NCBI RefSeq assembly: GCF_006345805.1
Contig: NW_021833082.1
Location: 20,952 to 84,951 of the forward strand
Length of the DNA: 64,000 nucleotides
Direction of reading: 5' to 3'
Origin: Octopus sinensis
Taxonomy: Eukaryota
In this document: positions 40,401 to 53,479 of the stretch, piece by piece
Numbering within the stretch: position 1 is the stretch's first letter
How the letters are laid out: each line of letters begins with the position of its first letter
The notes under the pieces: model-generated
The model's input: only the letters and a program-made list of their open reading frames with translations
Told to the model about the DNA's origin: nothing
Databases searched by the model: none
Program-made: the position numbers and the translations under genes

Positions 40401-43400
40401 GATCTGGCCTTGTTTTGAATTAATCATGTATTATCTCATAGCTTTGAGATTTCACTGATGCGATTGTTTATTTTTAGAATGACATTGTAGGGTAGGTGTG
40501 AGAGGCTGGATCTGGCCTTGTTTTGAATTAATCATGTATTATCTCATAGCTTTGAGATTTCACTGATGCAATTGTTTATTTTTAGAATGACATTGTAGGG
40601 TAGGTGTGAGAGGCTGGATCTGGCCTTGTTTTGAATTAATCATGTATTATCTCATAGCTTTGAGATTTCAATGATGCAATTGTTTATTTTTAGAATGACA
40701 TTGTAGGGTAGGTGTGAGAGGCTGGATCTGGCCTTGTTTTGAATTAATCATGTATTATCTCATAGCTTTGAGATTTCAATGATGCAATTGTTTATTTTTA
40801 GAATGACATTGTAGGGTAGGTGTGAGAGGCTGGATCTGGCCCTTGTTTTGAATTAATCATGCATTATCTCATAGCTTTGAGATTTCAATGATGTGATTGT
40901 TTATTTTTAGAATGACATTGTAGAGTAGGTGTGAGAGGCTGGATCTGGCCTTGTTTTGAATTAATCATGTATTATCTCATAGCTTTGAGATTTCAATGAT
41001 GCAATTGTTTATTTTTAGAATGACATTGTAGAGTAGGTGTGAGAGGCTGGATCTGGCCTTGTTTTGAATTAATCATGTATTATCTCATAGCTTTGAAATT
41101 TCAATGATGCAATTGTTTATTTTTAGAATGACATTGTAGAGTAGGTGTGAGAGGCTGGATCTGGCCTTGTTTTGAATTAATCATGCATTATCTCATAGCT
41201 TTGAAATTTCAATGATGCAATTGTTTATTTTTAGAATGACATTGTAGAGTAGGTGTGAGAGGCTGGATCTGGCCTTGTTTCGAATTAATCATGTATTATC
41301 TCATAGCTTTGAGATTTCACTGATGCGATTGTTTATTTTTAGAATGACATTGTAGGGAAGGTGTGAGAGGCTGGATCTGGCCCTTGTTTTGAATTAATCA
41401 TGCATTATCTCATAGCTTTGAGATTTCAATGATGCAATTGTTTATTTTTAGAATGACATTGTAGAGTAGGTGTGAGAGGCTGGATCTGGCCTTGTTTTCA
41501 ATTAATCATGCATTATCTCATAGCTTTGAGAGTTCAATGATGTGATTGTTTATTTTTAGAATGACATTGTAGGGTAGGTGTGAGAGGCTGGATCTGGCCC
41601 TTGTTTTGAATTAATCATGCATTATCTCATAGCTTTGAGATTTCAATGATGCAATTGTTTATTTTTAGAATGACATTGTAGAGTAGGTGTGAGAGGCTGG
41701 ATCTGGCCTTGTCTTCAATTAATCATGCATTATCTCATAGCTTTGAGAGTTCAATGATGTGATTGTTTATTTTTAGAATGACATTGTAGGGTAGGTGTGA
41801 GAGGCTGGATCTGGCCTTGTTTTGAATTCATCATGCATTATCTCATAGCTTTGAGATTTCAATGATACAATTGTTTATTTTTAGAATGACATTGTAGGGT
41901 AGGTGTGAGAGGCTGGATCTGGCCTTGTTTTGAATTATTCATGCATTATCTCATAGCTTTGAGATTTCAATGATGTGATTGTTTATTTTCAGAATGACAT
42001 TGTAGGGTAGGTGTGAGAGGCTGGATCTGGCCTTGTTTTGAATTAATCATGCATTATCTCATAGCTTTGAGATTTCAATGATACAATTGTTTATTTTTAG
42101 AATGACATTGTAGGGTAGGTGTGAGAGGCTGGATCTGGCCTTGTTTTGAATTATTCATGCATTATCTCATAGCTTTGAGATTTCAATGATGCAATTGTTT
42201 ATTTTTAGAATGACATTGTAGGGTAGGTGTGAGAGGCTGGATCTGGCTTTGTTTTGAATTAATCATAAATTATCTCATAGCTTTGAGATTTCACTGATGC
42301 GATTGTTTATTTTTAGAATGACATTGTAGAGTAGGTGTGAGAGGCTGGATCTGGCCTTGTTTTCAATTAATCATGCATTATCTCATAGCTTTGAGAGTTC
42401 AATGATGTGATTGTTTATTTTTAGAATGACAATGTAGGTAGGTGTGAGAGGCTGGATCTGGCCTTGTTTTCAATTAATCATGCATTATCTCATAGCTTTG
42501 AGAGTTCAATGATGTGATTGTTTATTTTTAGAATGACAATGTAGGGTAGGTGTGAGAGGCTGGATCTGGCCTTGTTTTGAATTCATCATGCATTATCTCA
42601 TAGCTTTGAGATTTCAATGATGTGATTGTTTATTTTCAGAATGACATTGTAGGGTAGGTGTGAGAGGCTGGATCTGGCCTTGTTTTGAATTAATCATGCA
42701 TTATCTCATAGCTTTGAGATTTCAATGATGGGATTGTTTATTTCTAGAATGACATTGTAGGGTAGGTGTGAGAGGCTGGATCTGGCTTCGTTTTGAATTA
42801 ATCATGCATTATCTCATAGCTTTGAGATTTCAATGATGGGATTGTTTATTTTTAGAATGGCATTGTAGGGTAGGTGTGAGAGGCTGGATCTGGCCTTGTT
42901 TTCAATTAATCATGCATTATCTCATAGCTTTGAGATTTCAATGATGGGATTGTTTATTCTAGAATGACATTGTAGGGTAGGTGTGAGAGGCTGGATCTGG
43001 CTTCGTTTTGAATTAATCATGCATTATCTCATAGCTTTGAGATTTCAATGATGCGATTGTTTATTTTTAGAATGACATTGTAGAGTAGGTGTGAGAGGCT
43101 GGATCTGGCCTTGTTTTGAATTCATCATAGCTTTGAGATTTCAATGATGGGATTGTTTATTTTTAGAATGACATTGTAGAGTAGGTGTGAGAGGCTGGAT
43201 CTGGCCTTGTTTTGAATTAATCATGCATTATCTCATAGCTTTGAGATTTCAATGATGGGATTGTTTATTTTTAGAATGACATTGTAGAGTAGGTGTGAGA
43301 GGCTGGATCTGCCTTGTTTTGAATTCATCATGCATTATCTCATAGCTTTGAGATTTCATGATGGGATTGTTTATTTTTAGAATGACATTGTAGAGTAGGT

Positions 43401-45277
43401 GTGAGAGGCTGGATCTGGCCTTGTTTTGAATTAATCATAAATTATCTCATAGCTTTGAGATTTCACTGATGCGATTGTTTATTTTTAGAATGACATTGTA
43501 GAGTAGGTGTGAGAGGCTGGATCTGGCCTTGTTTTCAATTAATCATGCATTATCTCATAGCTTTGAGAGTTCAATGATGTGATTGTTTATTTTTAGAATG
43601 ACATGTAGGGTAGGTGTGAGAGGCTGGATCTGGCCTTGTTTTGAATTCATCATGCATTATCTCATAGCTTTGAGATTTCAATGATGTGATTGTTTATTTT
43701 CAGAATGACATTGTAGGGTAGGTGTGAGAGGCTGGATCTGGCCTTGTTTTGAATTAATCATGCATTATCTCATAGCTTTGAGATTTCAATGATGGGATTG
43801 TTTATTTTTAGAATGACATTGTAGGGTAGGTGTGAGAGGCTGGATCTGGCTTCGTTTTGAATTAATCATGCATTATCTCATAGCTTTGAGATTTCAATGA
43901 TGGGATTGTTTATTTTTAGAATGGCATTGTAGGGTAGGTGTGAGAGGCTGGATCTGGCCTTGTTTTCAATTAATCATGCATTATCTCATAGCTTTGAGAT
44001 TTCAATGATGGGATTGTTTATTTCTAGAATGACATTGTAGGGTAGGTGTGAGAGGCTGGATCTGGCTTCGTTTTGAATTAATCATGCATTATCTCATAGC
44101 TTTGAGATTTCAATGATGCGATTGTTTATTTTTAGAATGACATTGTAGAGTAGGTGTGAGAGGCTGGATCTGGCCTTGTTTTGAATTCATCATAGCTTTG
44201 AGATTTCAATGATGGGATTGTTTATTTTTAGAATGACATTGTAGAGTAGGTGTGAGAGGCTGGATCTGGCCTTGTTTTGAATTAATCATGCATTATCTCA
44301 TAGCTTTGAGATTTCAATGATGGGATTGTTTATTTTTAGAATGACATTGTAGAGTAGGTGTGAGAGGCTGGATCTGGCCTTGTTTTGAATTCATCATGCA
44401 TTATCTCATAGCTTTGAGATTTCAATGATGGGATTGTTTATTTTTAGAATGACATTGTAGAGTAGGTGTGAGAGGCTGGATCTGGCCTTGTTTTGAATTA
44501 ATCATGCATTATCTCATAGCTTTGAGATTTCAATGATGGGATTGTTTATTTCTAGAATGACATTGTAGGGTAGGTGTGAGAGGCTGGATCTGGCTTCGTT
44601 CTGAATTAATCATGCATTATCTCATAGCTTTGAGATTTCAATGATGGGATTGTTTATTTTTAGAATGGCATTGTAGGGTAGGTGTGAGAGGCTGGATCTG
44701 GCCTTGTTTTGAATTAATCATGCATTATCTCATAGCTTTGAGATTTCTATGATGTGATTGCTTATTTTTATAATGACATTGTAGGGTAGGTGTGAGAGGC
44801 TGGATCTGGCCTTGTTTTGAATTAATTATGCATTATCTCATAGCTTTGAGATTTCAATGATGTGATTGTTTATTTTCAGAATGACATTGTAGGGTAGGTG
44901 TGAGAGGCTGGATCTGGCCTTGTTTTGAATTAATTATGCATTATCTCATAGCTTTGAGAGTTCAACAATGTGATTGTTTATTTTTAGAATGACATTGTAG
45001 GGTAGGTGTGAGAGGCTGGATCTGGCCTTGTTTTGAATTAATTATGCATTATCTCATAGCTTTGAGATTTCTATGATGTGATTGCTTATTTTTAGAATGA
45101 CATTGTAGGGTAGGTGTGAGAGGCTGGATCTGGCCTTGTTTTGAATTAATTATGCATTATCTCATAGCTTTGAGATTTCTATGATGTGATTGCTTATTTT
45201 CAGAATGACATTGTAGGGTAGGTGTGAGAGGCTGGATCTGGCCTTGTTTTGAATTAATTATGCATTATCTCATAGCT
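37497..45277. repeat. 108-bp tandem satellite, ~72 copies
   Basis: Unit GTAGGGTAGGTGTGAGAGGCTGGATCTGGCCTTGTTTTGAATTAATCATGCATTATCTCATAGCTTTGAGATTTCAATGATGTGATTGTTTATTTTTAGAATGACATT; period check 38006 to 38114. Confidence 0.98.
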
Positions 45278-45575
45278 CTTTCTTTTTTGTGTGTCTCTCC
45301 TTACTGATGATCATCAGCAAGGAAAGACACGCAAAAAAGAAAGAAGAAAGCAAAGGACCACTCAAAATGTAACCGCGTGTGTACCGTTGTCGATTTTTTT
45401 TCCTGTCTTCCCTTCTCTGGATCTTTCCTTCTCCTATGTTTCCGACGAAGAGCTCAGCTCAAAACGTTGAACCCTCCTTCTTCCCTTCCTTCCTGAGCGT
45501 CCAATAATACTATATTTGTTCCACGTCCTCGCGTTGTTGTGTTTTCTCTTTGTGTTTTCATGTTTGGATTAACTA
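45277..45575 (+). mobile_element. Penelope-type remnant beginning with a 68-bp palindrome and containing a degenerate hammerhead motif (45438-45472)
   Basis: 34-bp arms with no loop (31/34 Watson-Crick pairs). Hammerhead-like motif GTTT-CCGACGA-A-GAGC(TCA)GCTC-AAAA-CG-TT-GAAC. Confidence 0.6.
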
Positions 45576-45602
45576 TATATATAGATAGATATATGATTAT
45601 AT

Positions 45603-45633
<31 letters not shown>

Positions 45634-45773
45634 AAGATATAGAATTATATATATATATATATTTATATATATAATTATATATATATAAATATGTATATAT
45701 AAATATATATATATATAGATAGATTTATAATTATATATATATATGCACACATACATGCACATAATTATATATA

Positions 45774-45810
<37 letters not shown>

Positions 45811-45811
45811 G

Positions 45812-46065
45812 TACACAATTTCTTTTCCTCAACAGGCCTGCCCTATTTAACTTTGTCCCAAAACTGATCAAAGAGGAAAAGAGCCCCCTCACTTTTAAAC
45901 GGAACCTGGACAAATTTCTCCAAGGAATACCAGATAAGCCCCCTACTGGAATGGACCATGATACCACAAAACTTGACTTTCAAAGGATTTAGATAATCCT
46001 ATCACCTGGTGCTATTAAATTAGACATGGCCCTGACCAGTCTTTGGTTGAAACATTTAAAGTTTA
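45812..46065 (+). pseudogene. CR1-group LINE 3' end
   Basis: Translation with one frameshift: NFFSST(G)PALFNFVPKLIKEEKSPLTFKRNLDKFLQGIPDKP, matching the FKxxLDxFLxxIPDxP motif. Confidence 0.75.
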
Positions 46066-46080
46066 TCTAAAGTTATATAT

Positions 46081-46252
46081 AGGCGCAGGAGTGGCTGTGT
46101 GGTAAGTAGCTTGCTAACCAACCACATGGTTCTGGGTTCAGTCCCACTGCGTGGCACCTTGGGCAAGTGTCTTCTACTATAGCCTCGGGCTGACCAATGC
46201 CTTGTGAGTGGATTTGGTAGACGGAAACTGAAAGAAGCCTGTCGTATATATG

Positions 46253-46283
<31 letters not shown>

Positions 46284-46495
46284 TTGTGTGTCTGTGTTTG
46301 TCCTCCCCTTAGCATTGCTTGACAACCGATGCTGGTGTGTTTACGTCCCCGTCAATTAGCGGTTCGGCAAAAGAGACCGATAGAATAAGTACTGAGCTTA
46401 CAAAGAATAAGTCCTTGGGGTCGATTTCCTCAACTAAAGGCGGTGCTCCAGCATGGCTGCAGTCAAATGACTGAAACAAGTAAACGAGTAAAAGA

Positions 46496-46497
<2 letters not shown>
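46081..46497 (+). mobile_element. SINE family A, full length
   Basis: AGGCGCAGGAGTGGCTGTGTGGTAAG head through to the AAAAGAG tail. Confidence 0.92.
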
Positions 46498-46541
<44 letters not shown>

Positions 46542-46565
46542 TATATATATATAGATATATATATA

Positions 46566-46695
46566 CAGGTGTCCCAAAAAAATGTATACACATAGTGGTT
46601 CAGCAAAAGAGAACGATAGAATAAGTACTAGGCTTACAAAGAATAACAAATTTACAATTATTTAAGGTGTGTATACATTTTTTTGGGACACCCTG
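46566..46695. mobile_element. Tc1/mariner-like mini-MITE with ~28-bp TIRs, TA-flanked, enclosing a SINE-A fragment
   Basis: TA|CAGGTGTCCCAAAAAAATGTATACACA ... TGTGTATACATTTTTTTGGGACACCCTG|TA. Confidence 0.8.
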
Positions 46696-46724
46696 TATAT
46701 ATATATACTCTTTTACTCTTATAT

Positions 46725-46791
<67 letters not shown>

Positions 46792-47287
46792 ACTCTTATA
46801 TATATATATATTATTATCTATACATATATATATATATAGGGAGAGAGAGAGAGAGGGAGAGAGAGAGAAAGAGGCTACCATAGGAGTGGGCCGAACAGGA
46901 TGCAAGATATAGCAAGAGATGAAAAACGAGAATAACAAACAGAAAAGAAGACAGGGAGAAGAGAAGAAAGAAGAAGCAGAAGGAGGAATGAATAAATGAA
47001 TGAATGAATGAATGAATGAACGAATGAATGAATAACATAGATATTGGCGGGTTGTGGAGCGGAGAGTAAAGAGTTAGTGTAGGCTGCTTGACGTTGATCC
47101 AGCAGAGGACCCATAATATCAATGTCAGTGGCTGTTGTCAGACGTAGTTGTTGTCGACTGCAGTAAAGTATGATCGTTCGCGGGAAGTCTTTACTTGAGT
47201 CATTGAGATAGACAATGTAGTATTACACACGAGCAGCTGTTTCTGTGAGTAAACCTTTAGCTATGTTATGCAGTGTGTGGATGTGTG

Positions 47288-47322
<35 letters not shown>

Positions 47323-47359
47323 ATGTTTATGCCTTGTGCTTGGATTCTCTGCTCCCCAC

Positions 47360-47400
47360 CTCTCTCTCTATCCATCCATCTATCTATCCATATCTCTCTC

Positions 47401-47431
<31 letters not shown>

Positions 47432-47528
47432 CTCTATCTATCTATCTATCTATCTATCTCTCTATCTATCTCTCTATCTCTCTATCTATCTACCTACCTA
47501 TCTATCTATCTATTTGTCTATCTATCTA

Positions 47529-47569
<41 letters not shown>

Positions 47570-47590
47570 GTCTATCTATCTATCTATCTG

Positions 47591-47625
<35 letters not shown>

Positions 47626-47805
47626 GTCTATCTATATATCTGTCTGTCTGCCTGCCTGTCTGTCTATCTATCAATCTATCTATCTATCCATCTATCCATC
47701 CATCCATCCATCCATCCATCTATCTATCTGTCTATCCATCCATCCATCCATCTATCTATCTGTCTATCCATCCATCCATCTATCTATCTATCTATCTCTC
47801 CATCC

Positions 47806-47851
<46 letters not shown>

Positions 47852-48192
47852 ACACACACAGCGAGTATGTTTATGATATAAAATGTGTGTATACATATGT
47901 GTATATCTATTTATACACACACACATACACACACTATGTATATAAATACATATACACAGTGAATCTGTGTTTATAAGATACTTTCGGCAAAAGAGACCGA
48001 TAGAATAAGTACTAGGCTTACAAAGAATAAGTCGATTTGTTCAATTAAAGGCAGTGCTCCAGCAGGTGCGCAGTCAGATTGCTGAAACGAATAAAAGAAT
48101 GTGTATATGTATATATATATATGTATCTATATGCATTCAGATGTATGTTGATGTTTATATATATCGTGTATGTATGTGTATGTGTATATATC

Positions 48193-48226
<34 letters not shown>

Positions 48227-48386
48227 GGAGAGAGAGAGAGAGAGAGAGAGAATCCTTCAGTGACCGTCGCATGATTGCCTAGATAGATAGATAGATAGAT
48301 AGAATGATAAACAGATAGATAGATAGATTTATATATAAGCAAATCTGTGTTTGTATATGTATGTAATGGTATTTGTGTACGCGTGA

Positions 48387-48456
<70 letters not shown>

Positions 48457-49127
48457 CGTATATATATATATATATATATATGTTTGTATTATACATATAC
48501 GCATATAGTTGTATAGGCAATACATATAGATATACGGTTGTTTAACGGAAGATCAGCTTTGGTATAGCAGATCCATAAATCAAAGACGTCTCAACCATGA
48601 CCCTCTGAATGAATTATCCTATGTTTACCGTTAACATCTTCGTTCAACTCCATTTATTTATTTATTCATATATATATATATTTATATAATTTTTCTAGAT
48701 TATCCTTAATGCTTTTTCTTAAAGCGGTAGTGTGTAATAAGGGACATTTGGTTGCTATTTCACTCCCGCTTTATCGACCAGAGTAGCGTAGGTCACCAAG
48801 TTGTTTGTGAGTATGACATACATGGATATAGGGTTATTGTTAGTATGTGTGTATATATACATACACACATGCATAACGAATGTGCGTATGTATATATATA
48901 TATATATGCACGCATGTAGATACTGGTACGTACAGTGGAATCCGCTGTCCGAAACAGCTGTAGTCGGATCTTATATCGACTCGCATTCATGTATAGATTC
49001 GTACATGTGACCGGCATCTGTGATGTGGGAATTTTGTGTGTGTGTATATATGTATACATACATTTCGTTTTTATATCTAATGTATTGACTCTCCCTTTGT
49101 ATGTATGTATGTATGTATGTATGGATG

Positions 49128-49190
<63 letters not shown>

Positions 49191-49274
49191 GGATGGATGG
49201 ATGGAGAGATAGATAGATAGATTGATAGATAGATAGATATATAGAGAGATAGAGAGATAGATAGAGAGATAGAG

Positions 49275-49355
<81 letters not shown>

Positions 49356-49636
49356 GGCCTTTTGCTCATGGTGCGTAGAACCAGGTCAACTTTGGTTTGG
49401 CTGGCATATGATTGTATTCTAAGGAATTCTAGCCGTGACCATCACGTCATTAATGTAACACGGTAGGTCATCTGGATCTGAGGGACATTTGGCTGCTATT
49501 TCTAGCATAACTCATAACTCATCGTGTCTCTTGTTATTTGTGCGCGTATAATTTATGTCTATATGTGTATGTGTATGTGTAATCTATTTTCGCATTAATG
49601 ATTGGGTATAAAAATCCATGTATATAAAATATGATT

Positions 49637-49694
<58 letters not shown>

Positions 49695-49778
49695 CACACA
49701 CATATTATATACCCATATATATATATATACACACAGTATGTGAGTGTATATACTTTATATATATATATATTATTATAT

Positions 49779-49811
<33 letters not shown>

Positions 49812-50445
49812 CGGCATGCGAGTGTGTGTGTGTGTATATATATATATGTGTGTGTGTCTGGTATTTATATATATATGTGTGTTGTGTGTATGTATGTATG
49901 TATATATATATATATATATATATATACAATATATATATATGTCTATCTGTATATGTGTTTCTATATCAACTATTGCTTGCTCTGCACCAATCAAACTTTC
50001 TCTTTCTTTGTTCTTCTCCCTCTCGCTCGCTTTCTCCTTCTCTCTTTCTCTTTCATAGTCTCTCTCTCTCTCTATTTACCCCCTTTTCTCTCTTCTTCTT
50101 TCTTGCTTCCCCCCCCTTAACCTGCTTTCTATCTACCTTTCTTTCCCCTCCTCCTCCTCTCTTTCTCTCTGCTCTCTTTCCCACTCTTTTTTCACGCTTT
50201 CGCTCTATTCCTCCTTTCCCCTCTTTTTCTCCCTCTGTTTTCTTGTATTCTCTTGCCTCTCTCTCTGTGCTCCGTTCCCCTATTGCCTTTCTTTCTCTCT
50301 CTGTTCCCTCTCGCTCTGTCTTTCTTCCTCTCTCTCTCACTCGCCTTTCTCCCAATCATTCTCTCTCTCATTCTTACTCTCGTTCCCTTCCTTTCTCTCT
50401 CTCTCTCTCTCTCTCTCCTTGTTTCTATCTCTTACTCTTGTTCCC

Positions 50446-50483
<38 letters not shown>

Positions 50484-50884
50484 TGTTTCTATCTCTTACT
50501 CGTTTCTTTCATTTCACTCTCTCTCTCTCTCTCTCTCTCTCACCCCCACCACCACGGGAACAACACGATTGCTAGATATAACAACACGAAATCGCCCTTT
50601 ATATAAACCACCGGGCACACTCGCTAAAAAGAGGGTGTGGCCTCGGTTGGAATGTCTCTAATCATAGGTCTGCTGGATCATGACTAACCCAAGCTATAAA
50701 CACTATGAACGTACGTACGTATGTATGTACATATGTATGTATGTATGTGTGTGTGTGTATGTATGTATGTATTTATGTATGTATGTATTTATGTATGTAC
50801 ACACGCATGACTGTTGAATGTAAGTTGGTAAACAAATCGCAAAACAATAGCGCCACCAGGCTGCTGTGTGTATAGATAGATAGG

Positions 50885-50946
<62 letters not shown>

Positions 50947-50996
50947 CATACATACATAGATGGATGGAGAGATAGATAGATAGATAGACAAATAGT

Positions 50997-51040
<44 letters not shown>

Positions 51041-51042
51041 AG

Positions 51043-51086
<44 letters not shown>

Positions 51087-51104
51087 TGTGTGCAAATGTA
51101 TGTG

Positions 51105-51156
<52 letters not shown>

Positions 51157-51160
51157 TGTT
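47360..51160. repeat. Field of (TCTA)n, (GATA)n, (TA)n and CT-rich microsatellites with interspersed SINE scraps
   Basis: (TCTA)n at ~47360-47850; (GATA)n at ~49125-49355 and ~50870-51085; CT-rich tract at ~49990-50540; SINE-A tail at ~47980-48100. Confidence 0.85.
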
Positions 51161-52031
51161 TGTAAATGTGTCAGTATGTGAGTGTATATACTTTGGTGTA
51201 AGTAATTGTGTATACAGATGTATATATAGATGTATGAGTACATACATGTGTAAATACGTGTATATGTAGATTGGTGCATATGTATATGTTTGTGTGTTTA
51301 TATATATACATACATATATATACATACACATTTACAGAGGGAGAGAGGGTTCTTGGGTGTGTGTTCATTTACGCATCGAAAAATTCCGGAGATATATATG
51401 TGCGTATATATGTGTGTGTATAGCTATTGTTTATACTTGTATAGGTATATATATATATATATACATACATAATTGTATGTATATATATATATATACATAT
51501 ATTGTGTTTGTTTTACATACAATTATGTATGTATAACAAACACAATTATAAACAAGATGCGTCTGTACATAAACGTATACATACCGTATGTAGTACATAT
51601 ATGCGTATACACGAAAGACCTCTATATATATACATACATACATAAATATACACACACACACATACTGTTTCTTACATGTTTTTGTCTTTACTGCGGCCAT
51701 GTTTTTCGCCAACCAAACTGACCCCAGAATTTATTTCAAGCCATGTTCTGGTTTTCATTTTTAGTCTTATTTTCGCCAAACCGCAAAGATGCGGGGCCGA
51801 CAACAAAACTACATCACTTAACGAATGGTGAGAGAACACACACACGCACGCACACACACACACGCGCACACACGCGCACACACACACATACACACATACA
51901 AGCACGCGCTCGCTCGCGCGCAAATTCACATGCGACGGGCTTCCTACAGTATGCATGCACTTAACTCATGCGCAAGGCACTGATCAGCCTCAAATATCGC
52001 CAGAAACCCTGGGGATTGTGAAACGAACTTC

Positions 52032-52450
52032 GGGTCTTTTCTGTTTGAACGGCAGTCTTTTTCTAGCGGTGTCATATGAAATTGTCACCCATAATTATGA
52101 CCCTAGTATCGATCTATTGCATTTCAATCTGTTTTAGGGTTAGGGTTAGGGTTAGGGGGAAGGGTATCTTTATTTCTTTACAAATGTAAATAAACCCAAT
52201 CTGTTTCTTAAACGAGGGACATATTCATACGGCACAGAATGCTTTTTTTTACCTCAATAGACGTCATTGATTGATTGAAATTGCAGAAATTAAAGGAAAA
52301 AAACAAATATCTTACAAACAATAGAATTTTCTCAATAAAGCCAAGAGAAAAAGATGTTTTATAAACACATTCTACCAGTATACGAAGTTTAAAAGTATTT
52401 AGTTACGTGGAAATTATTTTAAAAAACTGCCGGTCAAACCGAAAAGATCC
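52032..52450 (+). mobile_element. Merlin-like MITE, full length
   Basis: Both TIRs are present (the left one is diverged). No clean TSD is visible. Confidence 0.85.
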
Positions 52451-52934
52451 CCCAGAGAACTTAAGACAGAGTTAGAATAATGTTTCATTAAACTAATAAA
52501 ATGATTCATTACCCATGGCCATGTGTTTCGTTTAAAATGGGACCATTTGTAACGAGGCATTTTAATGTAATGATGTGTACACAAGTATATGTGTTATTGT
52601 GGTTATTTCTGGTTAGAAACTAGGTAAGTGCGTGATATAGGAGCAACCTCATTGCAAAATCACATTGAGCAAGTATCATTATTTATAATGATACTCGGGT
52701 CAATCAAACGTGCGAGATTGAAATACGGTCGACGGAAACTAGAGTGCAAGTCATTCAGGAAGAACATTCTTCATATTGAGTTGTAATCGTCATCGTCATC
52801 ATCATCATTTAACATCCGTTTTCAGTGCTGGCATGAGTAGGTGGGTTTGACAAGATCTGGTAAGCTTTCGGGCTACATCGATCACCCAATGTCATGGCTG
52901 AATGCCTTTCCTAACACAAAATATAGTTTGCAGT

Positions 52935-53096
52935 AGGCGCAGGAGTGGCTGTGTGGTAAGTAGCTTGCTTACCAACCACATGGTTCCGGGTTCAGTCCCA
53001 CTGCGTGGCACCTTGGGCAAGTGTCTTCTGCTATAGCCCCGGGCCGACCAAAGCCTTGTGAGTGATTTGGTAGACGGAAACTGAAAGAAGCCCGTC

Positions 53097-53171
<75 letters not shown>

Positions 53172-53378
53172 TTGTGTGTCTTTGTTTGTCCCCCAACATC
53201 GCTTGACAACCGATGCTGGTGTGTTTACGTCCCCGTTACTTAGCGGTTCGGAAAAAGAGACTGATAGAATAAGTACTAGGCTTACAAAGAATAAGTCCCG
53301 GGGTCGATTTGCTCGACTAAAGGCGATGCTCCAGCATGGCCGCAGTCAAATGACTGAAACAAGTAAAAGAGTAAAGAG
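52935..53378 (+). mobile_element. SINE family A, full length
   Basis: Head AGGCGCAGGAG to tail AAAAGAGTAAAGAG. Confidence 0.92.
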
Positions 53379-53479
53379 TGTTTTGTTTTTCCTGTTACCC
53401 GCACTAGTCAGGTCGCACTGTAACTTGCAAGACGGAAGAAGAGGAACCCTCGCTTCGAATAAGTAAGTGGCGAATAGTA

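Noticed and set aside
37497-45277. 108-bp array (also the 25-bp and 37-bp arrays) as CRISPR-like
   Set aside because: There are no unique spacers and no cas genes, the units are contiguous, and the context is eukaryotic.
52024-52460. TSDs for the MITE copies at 52032 and 57500
   Set aside because: The flanks do not match (CGAACTTC vs CCCAGAGA; CCGTATTT vs CATCTTGC), so no TSD is claimed for these copies.
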